This document shows positions 43,986 through 44,975 of a DNA stretch of 44,975 bases, one piece after another. The stretch comes from a virus. Position numbers and translations under genes: made by a program. The stretch lies in the UHGV virus genome UHGV-0285350. One strand, given 5' to 3'. Numbering within the stretch: position 1 is the first letter of the stretch; each line of letters starts with the position of its first letter. The notes beneath the pieces were generated by a model, which had not been told where the DNA came from, did not search any database, and was given only the letters and a program-made list of their open reading frames with translations.

Positions 43986-44975
43986 TGCCGTTTCCTGTTC
44001 CGGGCGTTGCTGAAAACACAGAACGCCAGCTACGTGATATCGCTAACGCCCTGCCGGGAGAAACCATCGACACCGGCGCTGACAGCGATTACCGCATTCG
44101 TGCAAATGCCGTATCCGGCGTGGCGGAGGGGCTTTTTATGCATCAGGGATGGATCCTCCGTCAGGTGTTTCCTGACACGGCAGACCCTGAATATCTGGAG
44201 TTGCACTGCCGCACGCGCAATGTTTTTCGTAAAAAAGCAACAACCTCATCCGGTCAGGCCGTGATTACCGGCACACCCGGTAAGACGCTGCCAGCCGGTG
44301 CGGAAATTCGTGGTGAAGGTGTCAGCGTGGCCACCATAGCAGACTGCACCATCGGTGATGAAGGCAGCGCAGAGGTGACGGTAAAAAGCACCGCCACGGG
44401 TGCACAGATGAATGCATCCACGACGCAGACGGCAACGCTGGTCAGCCCGCCTGAAGGCATCAACAGCACGGTGACGATTAAATCCCTGACCGGCGGAACG
44501 GACAGGGAAAGTGACGCCGACCTGCTGGCGCGTTATCTGGATATTCTGCGCAGGCCGCCCGCTGGCGGTAACAAATATGATTACAAACGCTGGGCGCTGG
44601 AAGTGGATGGCGTTACGTCTGCATATGTGGAGCCATTGCGCAGAGGGAAAGGTACTGTTGATGTGGCCATTACGTCAGCCAATGACCTCCCCTCGCAGGA
44701 ACTGATCAATGCCGTGCTGGCACATATTGAGGAAGTCCGCCCGGTCACAGCGAAAGACACGATGGTACTGGCCCCGACGAAAAAAGCCGTTGATTTCATT
44801 GTCCGGGTAAAAACCAGCGGCCTGACCGTTGAGCAAATAAAACCGCAGATAACTGGCGTTATCACGGATTTTATGAACCGACTGGAGCCGGGGCAGGAAT
44901 TAATTATTTCACAGCTGGAAACACAGATTTCATTAATTTCCGGTGTCAGTGACCGGCGAATCGTTACGCCAGCAG
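43985..44975 (+). CDS. baseplate J-like protein (Mu gp47-like), 3' end outside window
   Basis: ATG overlaps gp46 stop (TAATG); frame open to window end (about 330 codons); my own translation MPFPVPGVAENTERQLRDIANALPGETIDTGADSDYRIRANAVSGVAEGLFMHQGW... Confidence 0.7.
   Translation, partial: MPFPVPGVAENTERQLRDIANALPGETIDTGADSDYRIRANAVSGVAEGLFMHQGWILRQVFPDTADPEYLELHCRTRNVFRKKATTSSGQAVITGTPGKTLPAGAEIRGEGVSVATIADCTIGDEGSAEVTVKSTATGAQMNASTTQTATLVSPPEGINSTVTIKSLTGGTDRESDADLLARYLDILRRPPAGGNKYDYKRWALEVDGVTSAYVEPLRRGKGTVDVAITSANDLPSQELINAVLAHIEEVRPVTAKDTMVLAPTKKAVDFIVRVKTSGLTVEQIKPQITGVITDFMNRLEPGQELIISQLETQISLISGVSDRRIVTPA

Larger units (their letters stand above)
423..44975. mobile_element. prophage or prophage-derived element with Mu-type late regulation and morphogenesis; left boundary at glnS terminator, right end beyond window
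   Basis: Contiguous phage gene content from 423 to window end: lysis cassette, terminase, portal, Mu F/G/I/T, sheath, tube, tape measure, baseplate genes, plus GemA and Mor/C regulators; abrupt switch from host glnS. Confidence 0.8.

Noticed and set aside
1-44975. CRISPR arrays, tRNA or rRNA genes
   Set aside because: No short regularly spaced repeats and no cloverleaf-like or rRNA-like segments were recognised by eye; a tRNAscan or Infernal run would be needed to exclude tRNAs formally.

Overview
The window holds the 3' end of host glnS (1-374) and its hairpin terminator, followed immediately by about 44.6 kb of prophage-type DNA that runs off the right edge. From about 22.3 kb onward the genes follow Mu-type order exactly: GemA, a Mor/C-family activator, a lysis cassette, small and large terminase, portal, Mu F/G/I/T head genes, gp36/gp37, sheath, tube, chaperone, tape measure, N, P, gp45, gp46 and a partial gp47. 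No transposase, integrase, repressor, tRNA, rRNA or CRISPR array was recognised. The left 22 kb is accessory DNA. A leftward arm carries a Dam-type adenine methyltransferase, a short C5-methyltransferase-like protein, RdgC, and a four-gene module ending in a second gpV-type spike. The rightward part carries higB-higA plus an extra HTH gene, an AT-rich membrane-protein gene, a convergent SWIM-zinc-finger operon, secreted-protein morons, a Ref-like HNH protein, and a long translationally coupled early operon. That operon includes a DUF4406-like protein, an N6/N4 methyltransferase between two paralogues, a Ser/Thr phosphatase, and an HNH-like / ASCH-like / PAPS-reductase-like / P-loop cassette. 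The most interesting candidates are that cassette (18590-21640), the HTH plus AT-rich membrane protein island (7070-8163), the SWIM operon (8197-9712), the duplicated hub/spike module (2950-6139) and the short C5-methyltransferase-like protein. All calls rest on reading the supplied translations and sequence by eye; no database search was run. Coordinates for features not in the ORF track are approximate (about +/-2 nt).
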